Below are positions 50,180 through 63,189 of a stretch of DNA of 64,000 nucleotides, one piece after another. Each line of letters begins with the position of its first letter. Position 1 is the stretch's first letter. The translations under genes were made by a program, and so were the position numbers. Source of the DNA: Squalus acanthias (taxonomy: Eukaryota); NCBI GenBank assembly GCA_030390025.1, contig CM059433.1, forward strand, positions 4,774,001 through 4,838,000, in the 5' to 3' direction. The notes below the pieces were generated by a model. The model ran no database searches, was not told the DNA's origin, and was given only the letters and a program-made list of their open reading frames with translations.

Positions 50180-52740
50180 TGAGTCATAACGGCACAGAAG
50201 GAGGCCATTCGGCCCATCGAGTCTGTGCCGGCTCTCTGTGGAGCAATCCAGTCAGTCCCAATGCCCTGCTCCATCCCCGTAGCCCTGCAAGTTTAATTCC
50301 CTCAAGTGCCTATCCAGCCTCCCCTGAAAACACGGAGTGTCTCTGCTTCCACCTCTTCCGTCGGCAGCGAGTTCCAGGTCCTCACCACTCGCTGTGTAAA
50401 AAAGTTTTTTCTCACATCCCCCCTGTATCTCTTGCCCAAAACCTTAAATCTGTTTCCCATCATCCTTGTACCATCAACTAGTGGGAACAGCCTTTCCCCG
50501 TCGAGCCTATCCAAACCCATCATAATCTTGTACACCTCTACTAAATCACCCTTCAACCTCCTTTGCTCTAATGAAAACAAATCCAGCTTCTCCAACCTGT
50601 CCTTGTAACTAAGATCCCACATCCCCGGAAGCATTCTGGTAAATCTCCTCTGCACCCTCTCAAGGGCCTTCATATCCTTCCTAAAGTGTGGTGACCAGAA
50701 CTGGACGCAATACTCCAGTTGTGGCCAAACCAGCGCTTTATAAAGGTTCAGCATAACTTCTCTACTTTTGTACCCAATGCCTCTATATGAAGCCCAAGAT
50801 CCCATATGCTTTGCTAACCACTCTCTCAGTATGTCCTGTCACCTTCAGGGACCTATGCACATTAACTCCCAGGTCCCTCTGTCCCTGCACACTCTTTCAA
50901 ACTGTGCCATTAAGTGTATATTGCCTCTCCCTGTTCCTTCTGCCAAAATGCATCACCTCACACTTCTCTGTATTAAACTCCATCTGCCACTTGTCTGTCC
51001 ATTCTGCTAGCCTTTCTATGTCCTGTTGCAGTCGATTGGTATCATCCTCACTGTTTGCCACACCCCCCAAGTTTGGTGTCATCGGCAAAAAAGTGGCCCC
51101 AGCACTGACCCTTGGGGAACACCACTGGCTACCATCCTTCTGTCCTTAAGCCAATTCCTTATCCAAGCTGCCACTGGCCCACCTATCCCATGAGCCTCAA
51201 TTTTGTTAACCAGCCTTCTATGTGGTACTTTGTCAAACACCTTCTGAAAATCCATGTAGACAACATCCATTACATTCCCTTCATCAATCCTCTCTGTTAC
51301 TTCATCAAAGAATTCAATTAGATTAGTCAAACACGATCTGCCTTTTACAAATCAGTGTTGGCTCTCCTTAATTAGCTTAAACCTCTCCAAGTGCCCGTTC
51401 ATTTTTTCTTTGATTATTGTTTCTAAAACTTTACCCACCACTGATGTTAAACTGACTGACCTGTAGTTATTAGGATTGTTCTTGCACCCTTTCTTGAACA
51501 ATGGTGTCACATTTGCCACTTTCCAATCCTCATGCACCTCCCCCGCATCTAGGGAAGATTGGAAAATTATGGCAAGCCCTTCCGCTATCTCCTCCCCCAA
51601 TTCCCTTAGCAACCTGGGATGCAAGCCATCTGGACCAGGCGACTTGTCCACTCTAAGCATACCCAGCATTTCTAGTACATCCTGCCTATCAATTTTCACC
51701 CCTTCCATTGTTTCTACCTTTTCCACTTCTACCGATATTTTGTCAGCATCCATCTCCTTAGTAAACACTGATACAAAGTACTCATTGAGTATTCTAGCCT
51801 TGCCCTGCGCCTCTAAGCATACATCACCTTCTTTGTCTCTAATAGGCCCCACCCCGCCTCTAACTACCAGCTTACTGTTTACATGCCGGTAGAAGATTTT
51901 TGGGTTCCCTTTTATGTTAACCACCATTCTACACTCATATTCTCTCTTTGCCAATCTTATTTTCATCTTCAAATCCCCTCTCAACTTATTGTATTTGGTC
52001 TGGTTCTCCCTTAAAGAATTCACCTGACATTCATCATAAACCCTCTTTTTTTGTTTCATCATCTTCTCTATCTCCCTCATCATCCAAGGAGCCCTTGCTT
52101 GGGTTCCTTTACCCTTCCCTCTTGTTGGAATGTACCTAGCCTGTACTTGGAACATCTCCTCCTTAAAGATCACCCATTGTTCCGTTACAGTTTTTCCTGT
52201 CAGTCTTTGGTTCCATTTTACCCTGGCTAGATCATTTCACATCCCATTGAAGTTAGCCCTATTCCAGTTTAGAAGTTCCACTCTAGATTGTTCCTTGCTC
52301 CTCCCCATTGCTAATCTAAATCTTATGATACAATGATCACTCGTACCCAAGTGTTCTCCCACAGACACTTGGTCGACCTGGCCCACCTCATTCCCCAGTA
52401 CCAGATCCAGCAATGCCTCCTTCCTAATTGGGCCAAGAACATATTGGTCAAGGAAATTCTCCTGAACACATTTCAGAAATTCCTCCCCCTCCTTTCCCTT
52501 TACCCCAGCATTATCCCAATCGATATTTGAGTAATTAAAGTCCCCCAATATCACCACTCTATAGCTCTTGCATATCTCTGCGATTTCCCTGCAGCTTTGC
52601 TCCTCTACCTCCCTCTCACTATTTGGAGGCCTATAGAATACCCCCAATAGCGTGATCATACCCCTTTTGCTCCTCAACTCTAACCAAATGGATTATGTTC
52701 TTGTCCCCTCAAGTACATCCTCCCTTTCCAACACTACAAT
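50180..52740 (-). mobile_element. CR1 ORF2 (APE plus RT) to 3' end, disrupted
   Basis: YRPPN, LGDFN, SDH, KSPGPDG, YMDFQKVFD, PQGSVLGP motifs. Confidence 0.95.
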
Positions 52741-53487
52741 TGTTTGCTATCAGCCCTTACTGTTAATTTCTATGCCACAAATTAACATGAGTCTTGTGGT
52801 GGTAAAAATCACATTCATGAGCACTTGAATTAACTCAAAATGAAGGCCAAGGACATTCACATAATGCAGCAAATGAACAACATTTGAACTGAACTGCATA
52901 ACATACGCTGCCCTCGCTGGAAACTGATGAAGTGTGAAGTGAGAGAGGCTGAGAAAAACAACAGATTAAGTGGGAGTAAACTGAACTCAAATCAATGCGA
53001 GGTCAACGTGCCTAGAAACTACTGCAAGTTCAAAACAATCAACCAGCTGAAGAAGCTCGAAATATTAAAGCAAATATGTTTGAAGAGGAAGTAGCCAAGA
53101 GATCATTTTATGAACATAATTTTAATTCACATCAAAGTAACAAGAATCATGTTAGATTTAATTTCAAATAAATGTCAAAACTGAAAATATTTAACGCAAT
53201 GATACATCTACTAAAAGAAAACATTACTCATAACACTGACCATCATTTATATATTCTTCCTCCTTTTGGTTTCCCTACCCCATTCCTGGACCAAGTAGGC
53301 AATCGGCTGCCATGACCCTCTCTATGCCACTCAAGTTGGTGAAACCCAACAACTGCAGGGCCAAGCTATGGATGTTGGGTTGGGAATTGTAGCTACAAAC
53401 ATATAGCATAGAACATGAATTCATCAATGCTCGACACAATACCAGCCCAGCCTTCATTTGTTTTTTTTCGCATGGCAGCACATCTCG

Positions 53488-54200
53488 CTTTTTTTTTAAT
53501 TCGTTCCTGGGATGTGGGCATCGCTGGCAAGGCCAGCATTTATTGCCCATCCCTAATTGCCCTCGAGAAGGTGGTGGTGAGCTGCCTTCTTGAACCGCTG
53601 CAGTCCGTGTGGTGAAGGTGCTCCCACAGTGCTGTTAGGGAGGGAGTTCCAGGATTTTGACCCAGCGACGATGAAGGATCGGCAATGTACTTCCACGTCA
53701 GGATGGTGTGAGACTTGGAGGGGAACTTGGAGGTGGTGGTGTTCCCATGCGCCTGCTTTCCTTGTCCTTCCAGGTGGAAGAGGTCGCGGGTTTGGGAGGT
53801 GCTGCCAAAGAAGCCTTGGCGAGTTGCTGCAGTGCATCTTGTAGATGGTACACACTACAGCCACGGTGCACCGGTGGTGGAGGGAGTGAATGTTTAAGGT
53901 GATGGATGGGGTGCCAATCAAGCAGGCTGCTTTGTCCTGGATGGTGTTGAGCTTCTTGAGTGTTGCTGGAGCTGCACTCATCCAGGCAAGTGGAGAGTAT
54001 TCCATTACACTCCTGACTTGTGCCTTGTAGATGGTGGATAGGCTTTGGGGAGTCAGGAGGTGAGACACTCACTGCAGAATACCCAGCCTCTGACCTGCTC
54101 TCGTTGCCACAGTATTTATGTGGCTGGTCCAGTTAAGTTTCTGGTGAATGGTGACCCTCAGGATGTTGATGGTGGGGGATTCGGCGATGGTAATGCCGTT
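53488..54200 (-). mobile_element. LINE family B 3' portion
   Basis: Closely similar to 44910-45610. Confidence 0.9.
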
Positions 54201-54664
54201 GACACAGCTTCTTTGGTTGGTGGAAGAGTGATGACATGTTTAAGACCATTTTTTCATGCAAGTCACACCCCCATTCCAACACAACCTCCTCTGTGAACTT
54301 TGTGTGTCTGAATTAGAAGTCGTCCAAGGAGCAACAATTTTATGTTGACATAATTTCCTTCCCTCATATGGGAAATGCACTCCATGTTGGAAGAACATCT
54401 GGAGACCTTTTATTTGATAAACAAAGGCTACTGTGATGTATTGGATAACAGAAGAGATATAAAATGGAAAATAATACCTGCCGACGCAAAAGGACTTCAG
54501 TGAAAATCCACATTGCAGCAGCAATCTTGAGATAACTAACAGCAAGGTTACAGACAACTGTAACAATGACTGGTGTCACCAAAAAATGATCCAGATGGTG
54601 ATTCGCAGCAAAGACACTGGCAGTGAGTAAATCTATGTAAATATAAGGATACAAGGTTACCTTG

Positions 54665-55135
54665 GTTTTTTTTATTATTCATTTATGTGGATGTGGGCGT
54701 CGCTGGCAACGCCAGCGTTTATTGTCCATCCTTTATTGCCCTCGTGAGGTGGTGGTGGTGAGCCGCCGCCTTGAACCGCTACAGTCTTATTATACTTTAT
54801 CATAGCGGTGTGGTACAACAGAATAGCTCGCTAGGTCATTTCAGAGGGGCAGTTAACAGTCAACCACATTGCTGTGGGTCTGGAGTCACATTTCAGCCAG
54901 ACCGGGTAAGGACGGCAGATTTCCTTCACTAAAGGACATTAGTGAACCAGATGGGTTTTTACGACAATCCGATAGTTGCATGGTCACCATTACTGACACT
55001 AGCTTTTTATTCCAGATTTATTTAATTAACTGAATTTAAATTCCCCCAGCTGCCCTGGTGGGATTTGAATTCATGTCTCCGGATCATTAGTCTAGGCCTC
55101 TGGATTACTAGTCCAGTAACATAACCACTATGTAA
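54665..55135 (-). mobile_element. SINE-like derivative of LINE family B (head plus tail only)
   Basis: 54800-55132 matches 46280-46592, and 54675-54785 matches the tail at 44913-45015. Confidence 0.75.
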
Positions 55136-55279
55136 TCACATTACCATTAGGGTGCTCCAGAGGAGTTGTGCTTCCCCCGCCCCCCGCCATCCCCATCTCA
55201 TAGTCTCTTGTTTATTACAACCCAAGGATACCTCTAATCCCCAAAAAACAGAAACTATAGTGGGCAGGCAATGGGAAAT

Positions 55280-55768
55280 ATAAGAACATAAGAAATAGGA
55301 GCAGGAGTCGGCCATTTGTCCCTTCGAGCCTGCTCCGCCATTCAATATCATGGCTGATCTTCTACATCATCTCCACTTTCCTGCACTATCCCCATATCAC
55401 TTGATTCCCTTAATATTCAAAAATCTATCGATCTCTGTCTTGAATATACTCAGCCTCCACAGCCCTCTGGGGTAGAGAATTCCAAAGATTCACCACCCTC
55501 GGAGTGAAGAAATTTCTCCTCATCTCCGTCCTAAATGGCCGACCCCTTATTCTGAGACTGTGACTCCTGGTTCTAGACTCCCCAGCCAGGGGAAACATCC
55601 TCCCTGCATCTACCCTGTCAAGCCCTGTAAGAATTTTGTATGTTTCAATGAGATCACCTCTCATTCTTCTAAACTCGAGAGAATATAGGCCTAGTCTACT
55701 CAATCTCTCCTCATAGGACAATCCTCCCCCCGCCACCTCCCCATCCCAGGAATCAGTCTGGTGAACCA
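55280..55768 (-). mobile_element. CR1 3' end
   Basis: [24 protein letters not shown]. Confidence 0.92.
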
Positions 55769-55949
55769 GATTTCATTGATCTTAATGAACAGTCCAGCAA
55801 TCTTGTTTTAAGCTTCTGAAATTTTACAAAAGCATGATTCATGGAGACCCCTGTCGACTAGGAACCCAGATCAAAAAATAGCAGGCACATTCATAAAATT
55901 GGCCCCATTGATTTGGTCTTCTCTGCACTGAAAGTAACAAACTGCTGTC

Positions 55950-56500
55950 CAATTCTGAGTGGACTTCTCTTTCAATACAGTTAACCGCTGTATCAAAAGT
56001 GGTGTCATCAGCAAAGAAAACAACGGTACTTTTGATGAGATGCACCAGGGCATTTATGAAATGCAGAAGCAAAGTGGAGCCAAGTGCCCTTCCCTGTGTT
56101 GGTGTCAAAAAACAAAGATCCCCATACCAGAACTGCATATTTGCATCCTGTTAAAAAAGCTAAACAATTATGTCTTCAGAAGCCAGCTTCTCCGTAAACT
56201 AGAAATGTAATAGCTTGTCAAAAGCTCTATAAATGTAAATGATTACTGCTATAACTGGGTAAGCTGGTCACTCCACTTCTGGACGATTTGATGGAGAACA
56301 TCAACAGGTTATTTGCTCTGGAGCCAAACTAGTGACCAGATTGAAGTTATGACTGAGATGTTGGTACAGTTTCTCAGCCAGTACTATTTCTATTAGCTCC
56401 AACGTGCGTGAGAGGAGTGATGCTAGTCGGTAATTGCTGGTTTGACTTTCTTTCTTGTTGTGAATATACAAAATGTTTGCTTTGCTGTTTCCAATGAGAG
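55950..56500 (-). mobile_element. Ancient CR1-group RT remnant
   Basis: PTQGRALG..LHFINAL...FFADDT and NYRLASLLS. Confidence 0.55.
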
Positions 56501-56579
56501 ATGATAACATCACTTGACAGCAATGGTTGTAATAAATCACATACAGACGGCAGCTTTTGACACGTTAGAACCCCTGCGA

Positions 56580-56850
56580 CTACACCTCATTGTCTCAGTT
56601 GTATCTTGCTATGTCTTTGATGTGGTACCTTCCTGGCTGACTTGATTAACTTTATCACACCTCGGCAGATAGTCAGGATGATTTAATTTAGTGGTCTGCA
56701 ATTGTAAGATACACATGCTTTGTTCTCTATCTATATATGCTTTGGCGATTCTGTATCTAATTTACTTCACCTGAGGAAGGAGCAATCGATAGCTCCGAAA
56801 GCTTGTGATTTCAAATAAAACTGTTGGACTATAACCTGGTGTTGTGCAAC
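56580..56850 (+). mobile_element. Second Penelope-family terminus with hammerhead at 56767-56808
   Basis: TCAC-CTGAGGA-A-GGAGC/GCTCC-GAAA-GCTT-GTGA, then aataaaactgttggactataacctggtgttgtg. Confidence 0.7.
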
Positions 56851-57754
56851 CTCTCAATTTTGTAATAAATGAGCCAGAGAACCAGATTGTTCTACCAATA
56901 GGACTCAGAGAACCTGAGCATCCATGTCAGTAAGGTTAGTAAGAACAGTAGCTTAATTGGGAACCAAGTTTTTGAACAAGATTCTTAACTTTCTTGTGCC
57001 TGGTCTTAATTTGACTGACTGGATTGCTGCACTTCAATGGAATTTAACTTCAGTGCTGTTGTTTTCCAGTATTGACAGAATTGCTTTTCCCCCCCAGAGG
57101 TCACTGCATTCCAACAACAAGCAAGAACCGAGGCAGATTTCTTTCCCTTCCTAGCCCAGTGACACTGATGCCAACTTTAAGTGCTCCATTGCTACCTCAA
57201 CCAAGATCAAATAACTCAACAAAAGTCAATGGATGAACGAAGGACCCCGTGGTCCGTTTGGCCCACTACAACATCATACAATCCCATTACCAACTGAACT
57301 TAGACTGAGGAATTTATACAAGCAAGAATTTCAAACTATAACTCTACTGTCCAATGTGGCACCCAACATGTCCAATGCAATCTTGTCAATGTGGATATTT
57401 AAGTGTTCAAAAAATGTACTCTTTAGCTAGAAGCTTATGACAAAAGTTATGTTGAGCATGTTCACTTCCAGTGATGTCAAATTTTCAGATGATTTTATTA
57501 ATTGTACAAACATTAAATATCATTTGCCAATGTCTCAGCAAACAAGAAACTAACCAGCAAGCCCCCAACTTTGCTGCCCGATGGCTATACTGAGTGAGCC
57601 AATTTCAAATCGGTCAATGGCAGGAACGCCCTTAGTTTTGTCCAGTGAATAACAGCAAACCTTGCTGCAAGTTTGCTTTGGAGGGCAGGAACAGGCTCAG
57701 TGATGACCCTCCACAGTTAAATAGCTGTGGACACTCATCATCAAGATTCACTCA

Positions 57755-58520
57755 TCAAGATTTTGCGGTGGGTAATGACGGTGAATGGTCAGCGTACGCC
57801 GTCATTACCCTTCTGAAACTGACCGCAACTTCAGGATTTAACGCATTTGCATCTAAACATGGAAATCCTGAAGTTGCCGTCAGTCATTCACTGCTCCGAC
57901 ACAGGCTGAGCTGTGGACCCCCCCCACCGCCACCCCACCACATAGCCGGCAATCAGTGAAATCAGTGGAACTTAAGAAAACTTGAGCTTTTCCACGCTAG
58001 TATCACTGTTAAATACCCCATTGAATGTTGAGCCTTGTTGGAATAGGTATAACTGGGGTTTTAACAGTGTGTTGACTGCTAAACAATTGTTCTGGCCCTG
58101 AAAAACTAATTTTTATATTTGTGGAATGTCAAATTTCTCCATTATGATAAAAATTACAATTTAAAAAATTATATATTTTTTAGTTTGTTCATGATATTTC
58201 CACTTCTACCTGAACCCTATGTGTATGCCCCAATCTTTATTCTGTTCTCTGTAACATTTTTAAAAAGTGAGGATAAAAGCTGCTTTTCATTTCCTGGTTT
58301 GCTGTCTGTGAGAATTCTTCAATGTGATTGGCTGCTTAGACAGCTTGCTGACATCACTGCTGCATCGCCATAGGAATCCCCTGTTCACAGCGCTGCACTC
58401 AATGACACGTCGAGAAACCTAAAGTTTTCACCACAGAGATCACAAGTTCTCTGTGGGCGGCTTTCTTCGAGGTCAGCGGCGAGCGTCTTTGCTTCGCCGC
58501 TAACCACAAATTACAGGCCA
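57755..58520. repeat. Dispersed non-coding repeat, copy 2
   Basis: Similar to 14960-15505. Confidence 0.75.
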
Positions 58521-58869
58521 ATGCCAATGGGTGAGGCACCAGAGAGCAACTGGCACCCGGGAACCATATTCCAGAAAGGAGTCAATATTTCACAAGAGAA
58601 GGGAGGGGAAAAAATTGGCAGGAAAAAAAAGAAAAATCCTAATATTTAAAATTGTATTTAAAAAGCCTATATTTAAAAAAAATCTAAAAAGCATGAATTC
58701 CTATTTTAACAATAAAATATGGAACTTGATGCTAATATTTTCACATTGGATAACTGACAGGCAGTTGAGTGCCAATAACTAAGCATCATCACAAATATTG
58801 ATTTATTTCTCTTCAACAAATATATGAAGTGTGGGCACTTCTTATTACAAGTACAAAGCAGTATCTTAC

Positions 58870-59196
58870 TCCGTGTTCTGAGTATTCAGTGAGACAGTCA
58901 CTGTTGCTATGGTGCCTTGCTAAGTATCAAGTGACCCGGTGAAATACCATGTCACAGGCCCCGTTACATGGTATTGTTTGCTTTTATAAATATCTTGCTC
59001 ACTTTTGTTTCACTGGACTATGTATTGAAAAAATAAACCAGAGTAGGAATTATTTGGACCAGAGCATCCATCCCCGAATAGTATGTACACATCAAAAATA
59101 TTCTTACTGGGTAGAAGAAATTGTGAAGAACCTCGATCTCCAATTCTTGTTCGACAACTTGAGATACTGGGATTATTTCCAGTGATACAGAGGCGG
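58870..59196 (-). other. Candidate exons 59108-59196 and 58870-58919
   Basis: Both end in gtaaga donors, with acceptors ctaattttag and gatacttag. They join in frame. Confidence 0.35.
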
Positions 59197-59264
59197 CTAA
59201 AATTAGATTTAAGAGATTTTTAAAACTATGAGAGTTTTGATAGGGTGAATAGGAAAAGATTACG

Positions 59265-60820
59265 GTTAGGGATTCCCAGGCTGTTAAGCGAAGCAAAAGA
59301 GGAAATAGCAGAGGCCCTGACCATCATTTTTCAATCCTTTCTGGCTTCAGGTGTGGTGCCGGAGGACTGGAGGACTCTTAATGTGGTACCCTTGTTTAAA
59401 AAGGGAGAAAAGGATAGACCGAGTAATTACAGGCCAGTCAGCCTAACCTCGGTGATGGGAAAATTATTGGAAAGAATTCTGAAGGACAGGATAAATCTTC
59501 ATTTAGAAAGTCACGGATTAATCAAGGATAGTCAGCACGGATTTGTTAAGGGAAGGTCGTGTCTGACAAACTTGATTGAATTTTTTGAGGAGGTAACAAG
59601 GAGGGTAGATGAGGGTAGTGTGTTTGATGTAGTGTATATGGACTTTAGCAAGGCTTTTGATAAGGTTCCACATGGCAGACCGGTCACGAAGTTAAAAGCC
59701 CATGGATCCAGGGCAAAGTGTCAAGTTGGATTCAAAATTGGCTCGGAGACAGGAAGCAGAGGGTAATGGTTGATGGGTGTTTTTGTGACTGGAAGGCTGT
59801 TTCCAGTGGGGTTCCACAGGGCTCAGTACTAGGTCCCTTGCTTTTTGTGGTATATATCAACGATCTTGACTTGAATATAGGGGGTATGATTACGAAGTTT
59901 GCAGATTATTCTGAAATCGGCTGTGTGGTTGATACTGAAGAAGGAAGCTGTAGACTGCAGGAAGATATCAATAAATTGGTCAGGTGGGCAGAAGAGAGGC
60001 AAATGGAATTCAATCTGGAGAAGTGTGAGGTAATGCATTTGGGGAGGGCTAACAAGGAAAGGGAATATACATTAAATGGTAGGACACTGAGTAGTGTAGA
60101 GGAACAAAGGGACCTTGGAGTGCATGTCCACAGATCCCTGAAGGTAGCAGGCCAAGTAGGTAAGGTGGTTAAGAAGGCATACGGAATGCTTGCCTTTATT
60201 AGCCGTGGCATAGAATACAAGAGCAGGGGGGGTTATGCTTCAACTGTATAAAACACTAGTTAGGCCTCAGCTAGAGTACTGCGTGCAGTTCTGGTCACCA
60301 CATTACAGGAAAGATGTGATTGCACTAGAGAGGGTACAGAGGAGATTTACAAGGATGTTGCCGGGAGTAGAGAATCTTAGCTATGAGGAAAGACTGGATG
60401 GGCTGGGTCTGTTTTCCTTGGAACAGAGGAGGCTGAGGGGAGACCTTATTGAGGTGTATAAAATTGTGAGGGGCATAGATAAAGTGGATAGAAAGGACCT
60501 ATTTCCCTTAGCAGAGGGGTCAAAAACCAGGGGGCATAGATTTAAAGTAATTGGTGGAAGGTTTAGAGGGGATTTGAGGGGAAATTTCTTCACCCAGAGG
60601 GTTGTGGGAGTCTGGAACTCACTGCCTGAAAGGGTGGTAGAGGCAGGAACCCTAACCACATTTAAAAAGTACTTGGATGTGCACTTGGGATGCCCTAACC
60701 TGCAGGGTGACGGACCAAGAGCTGGGAAGTGGGATTAGGCTGGATAGCTCTTTGTTGGCCGGCGCGGACACGATGGGCCGAAATGGCCTCCTTCCGTGCT
60801 GTAACTTTCTATGATTCTAT
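59265..60820 (+). mobile_element. CR1 RT to 3' end, frameshifted
   Basis: NYRPVSLTS, QHGF, DFSKAFD, PQGSVLGP motifs. Confidence 0.95.
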
Positions 60821-60925
60821 TTCTCTCTCTCTCTCTCCACAGATGCTGCCTGACCTGCTGAGTATTTCCAGCATTTTCTGTTTTTATTTCAGATTTCCAG
60901 CATCCGCAGTATTTTGCTTTTCTCT
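60820..60925 (+). mobile_element. Penelope terminal fragment (no ribozyme core)
   Basis: Matches 49855-49945. Confidence 0.7.
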
Positions 60926-62531
60926 TCAGAAAGCTGTTGGGAGCACGGATTGCTTTGCCAAAAGGAACCAGTTGAGGCAGAGATCATTGCATCTTTCAAG
61001 GGAAAACTGGATAAATATCTGAAGCGGAACAATATGGGGCTGAAGGGGTGAGGTCAGCACAGTAGGATTAGTTTTAGATTTCTCTCCAGCAAAGAGCCAG
61101 TACAGAGGCAAAATGGCCCAGCCTTGCGCTGTAAACTGATACGCTTCAAACCCACTTATTTGGGCTGAACTGTTTACAACAATTTATTCAGTGGTCACAT
61201 AGGTTGACCATGTTTTTCAAAATGTTTAAGGAACCAAATAAATACATTTTAATTAATATAATTGGTTTATATATTTTTTTAAAACACTTGCAACTTGTTC
61301 AATAATCGTTTTAACACTGAGGATTGAACACTTAAACAATGCCAACCGAAGTTAAATTGCACCAGTCAACATCTCTCAAACCACACCAGTGATATTAGCT
61401 CTGCGATGCTGGAGTGACAGAACCCTCCAAAATATTCACCACAGCATCAGTCAGTCAATTATTTCTTCCGTGGCGCCATAATATAAAATTCAAAATATAC
61501 CAGAAAGAAAAGAGTATGAAAAATGGCAATGACAGTGTTTCTCGGAGTGTTAAGCTGCAAATTCCGGAAAACGGGCGAGTTTGGCCAAAAACCAAACACA
61601 TGGAGGAAAGATATTGTACTGTCGATGGAGCAATGATATTGCGGGTACTATGATTATTTCCAAAGGGAGGAGTACTGCAGACGATGCCTTTTGTTGTAAA
61701 ATAAATCGACGCCTCAAGGCGCTGAGCTCCGAAAGTTGGCCAGCAATGCTGCAAATTCTCCAGAGTGCCAGAAGTCATCAGAGACAATGTCAATGACCGG
61801 AGGGGTTTCCCCCCCCCCACCTTGCAACTTTTATTATTATGAAATATTGCGCTCATTATTGATGTGTTGATCAAGAACACTTATTTTTATATTAATATAA
61901 CAAGTGTTATTTGCAAATCATAAATTATAATAACTAGCAACGTTTCGGTCAGTGAAACTTTTTATAAATAACACCAATAAAAAGCTCACTCTGCACTAAA
62001 ACAATAAGTTTCCGTGCGGTGGGATTATTGACTCCTTTCAACTGGCGGAGAGGCACTCGCTCGGCTCCCAGCTTGGGTGAGAAAGTGTCCTGACAAAGCT
62101 TCGGGCGGGACAGAGCAAAGTTCTTTCAATTCAAGGAGATACCAAAGAGAGTTCTCCAAAAGACAATCCGGTGAGAAAACGTTCCCGGTGGCGAGGTCAT
62201 ATTTTGTTGAGGGGGTTGGGGGGAAATCCAGCAGTGAGAGAGTCTCATCAACACATCACTTCCAAACTCTGCATCGACCGCCTGCAGGCTGCTCAATCAC
62301 AGCACGGTTACACACAGAAATAGAATCATTGGAATTAAAACAACAGAAATAACGCCGGGACCAATATCTCTTGAACCCTGAATCCCACAAGGAAACCTTG
62401 GCCACACAGACCGGTCCAAGCCGATCTTTGACTTCTTTTTTTTGTTGTTCCCCGAGCGGTTTGCACCGTGTCAGAAACTTCACCAATAAACGAAGGCAGA
62501 CGGAACAAAAATAAATAAAACAAAATCTTAC

Positions 62532-63000
62532 CGCAAAAAAATGGAAAGGAAAACCAATTTGCCGCAGCTTATTCTCCGCCTTGACTCCAAATCTCGTTTG
62601 TCCCAGGTTATTTGTTGCTTGGAGAATAACAACAATAGTCAGAGAGCGAGCGCTGTGGAACCGGCGCTGCCAAACTCATTTGAAGCAAAAAGCCAGACTG
62701 GCGAACCCGGGATGCACGTGGTTGCGCCGACGTAGTTGCCTTGAGGGCAGGAATGGGAAAGGGCATTGTTGTCGAAGGGAGTGCTGCTGCTGCCTTGCTT
62801 GTGAACCATTGCAGCCCCCCCCACGCTTTATCTGCAGCGTCCCCCGCACAATATACAAATAAATCTTTTTTACGATATTGGTCTTGCTGCCTTGCAGGGT
62901 GGAGGTTGTGTCTGCAGGACTACCTGCCCTCAGGATCGCCCTCAGTGGCGCGGAAAATCTGTGGATGTGTGTTGGAAGCTGGGTTGCGTTTCGCAGGAAT
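62532..63000. promoter_or_regulatory. CpG-enriched promoter-like region with candidate minus-strand first exon (donor CG|gtaaga at 62531)
   Basis: Non-repetitive CpG-rich DNA, E-box CACGTG at 62715-62720, E2F-like GGCGCGGAAAA at 62947-62957. Confidence 0.45.
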
Positions 63001-63189
63001 TAACGTTTAGTGAAGGTTCGGGTTTTTTTTTCTCTGTTTAGTTTGAGATACTGCGAGGTGTAGATGCTTGTGTGTGAGTGTGAGTGTGTTGCGCCCTCTT
63101 CCTACAGCCCAACACAATTGTTGCAATCCTCGTTCTCAGTGTGGGCCGAACTGAAGAAAGGACCCTCTTGGTTTTTTCTGTTATTTTAT

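Noticed and set aside
57696..57742. Hairpin with ATGATGA...CTGA (C/D snoRNA or SECIS)
   Set aside because: Too short for a C/D snoRNA, and the ATGA is Watson-Crick paired rather than in a G.A quartet.
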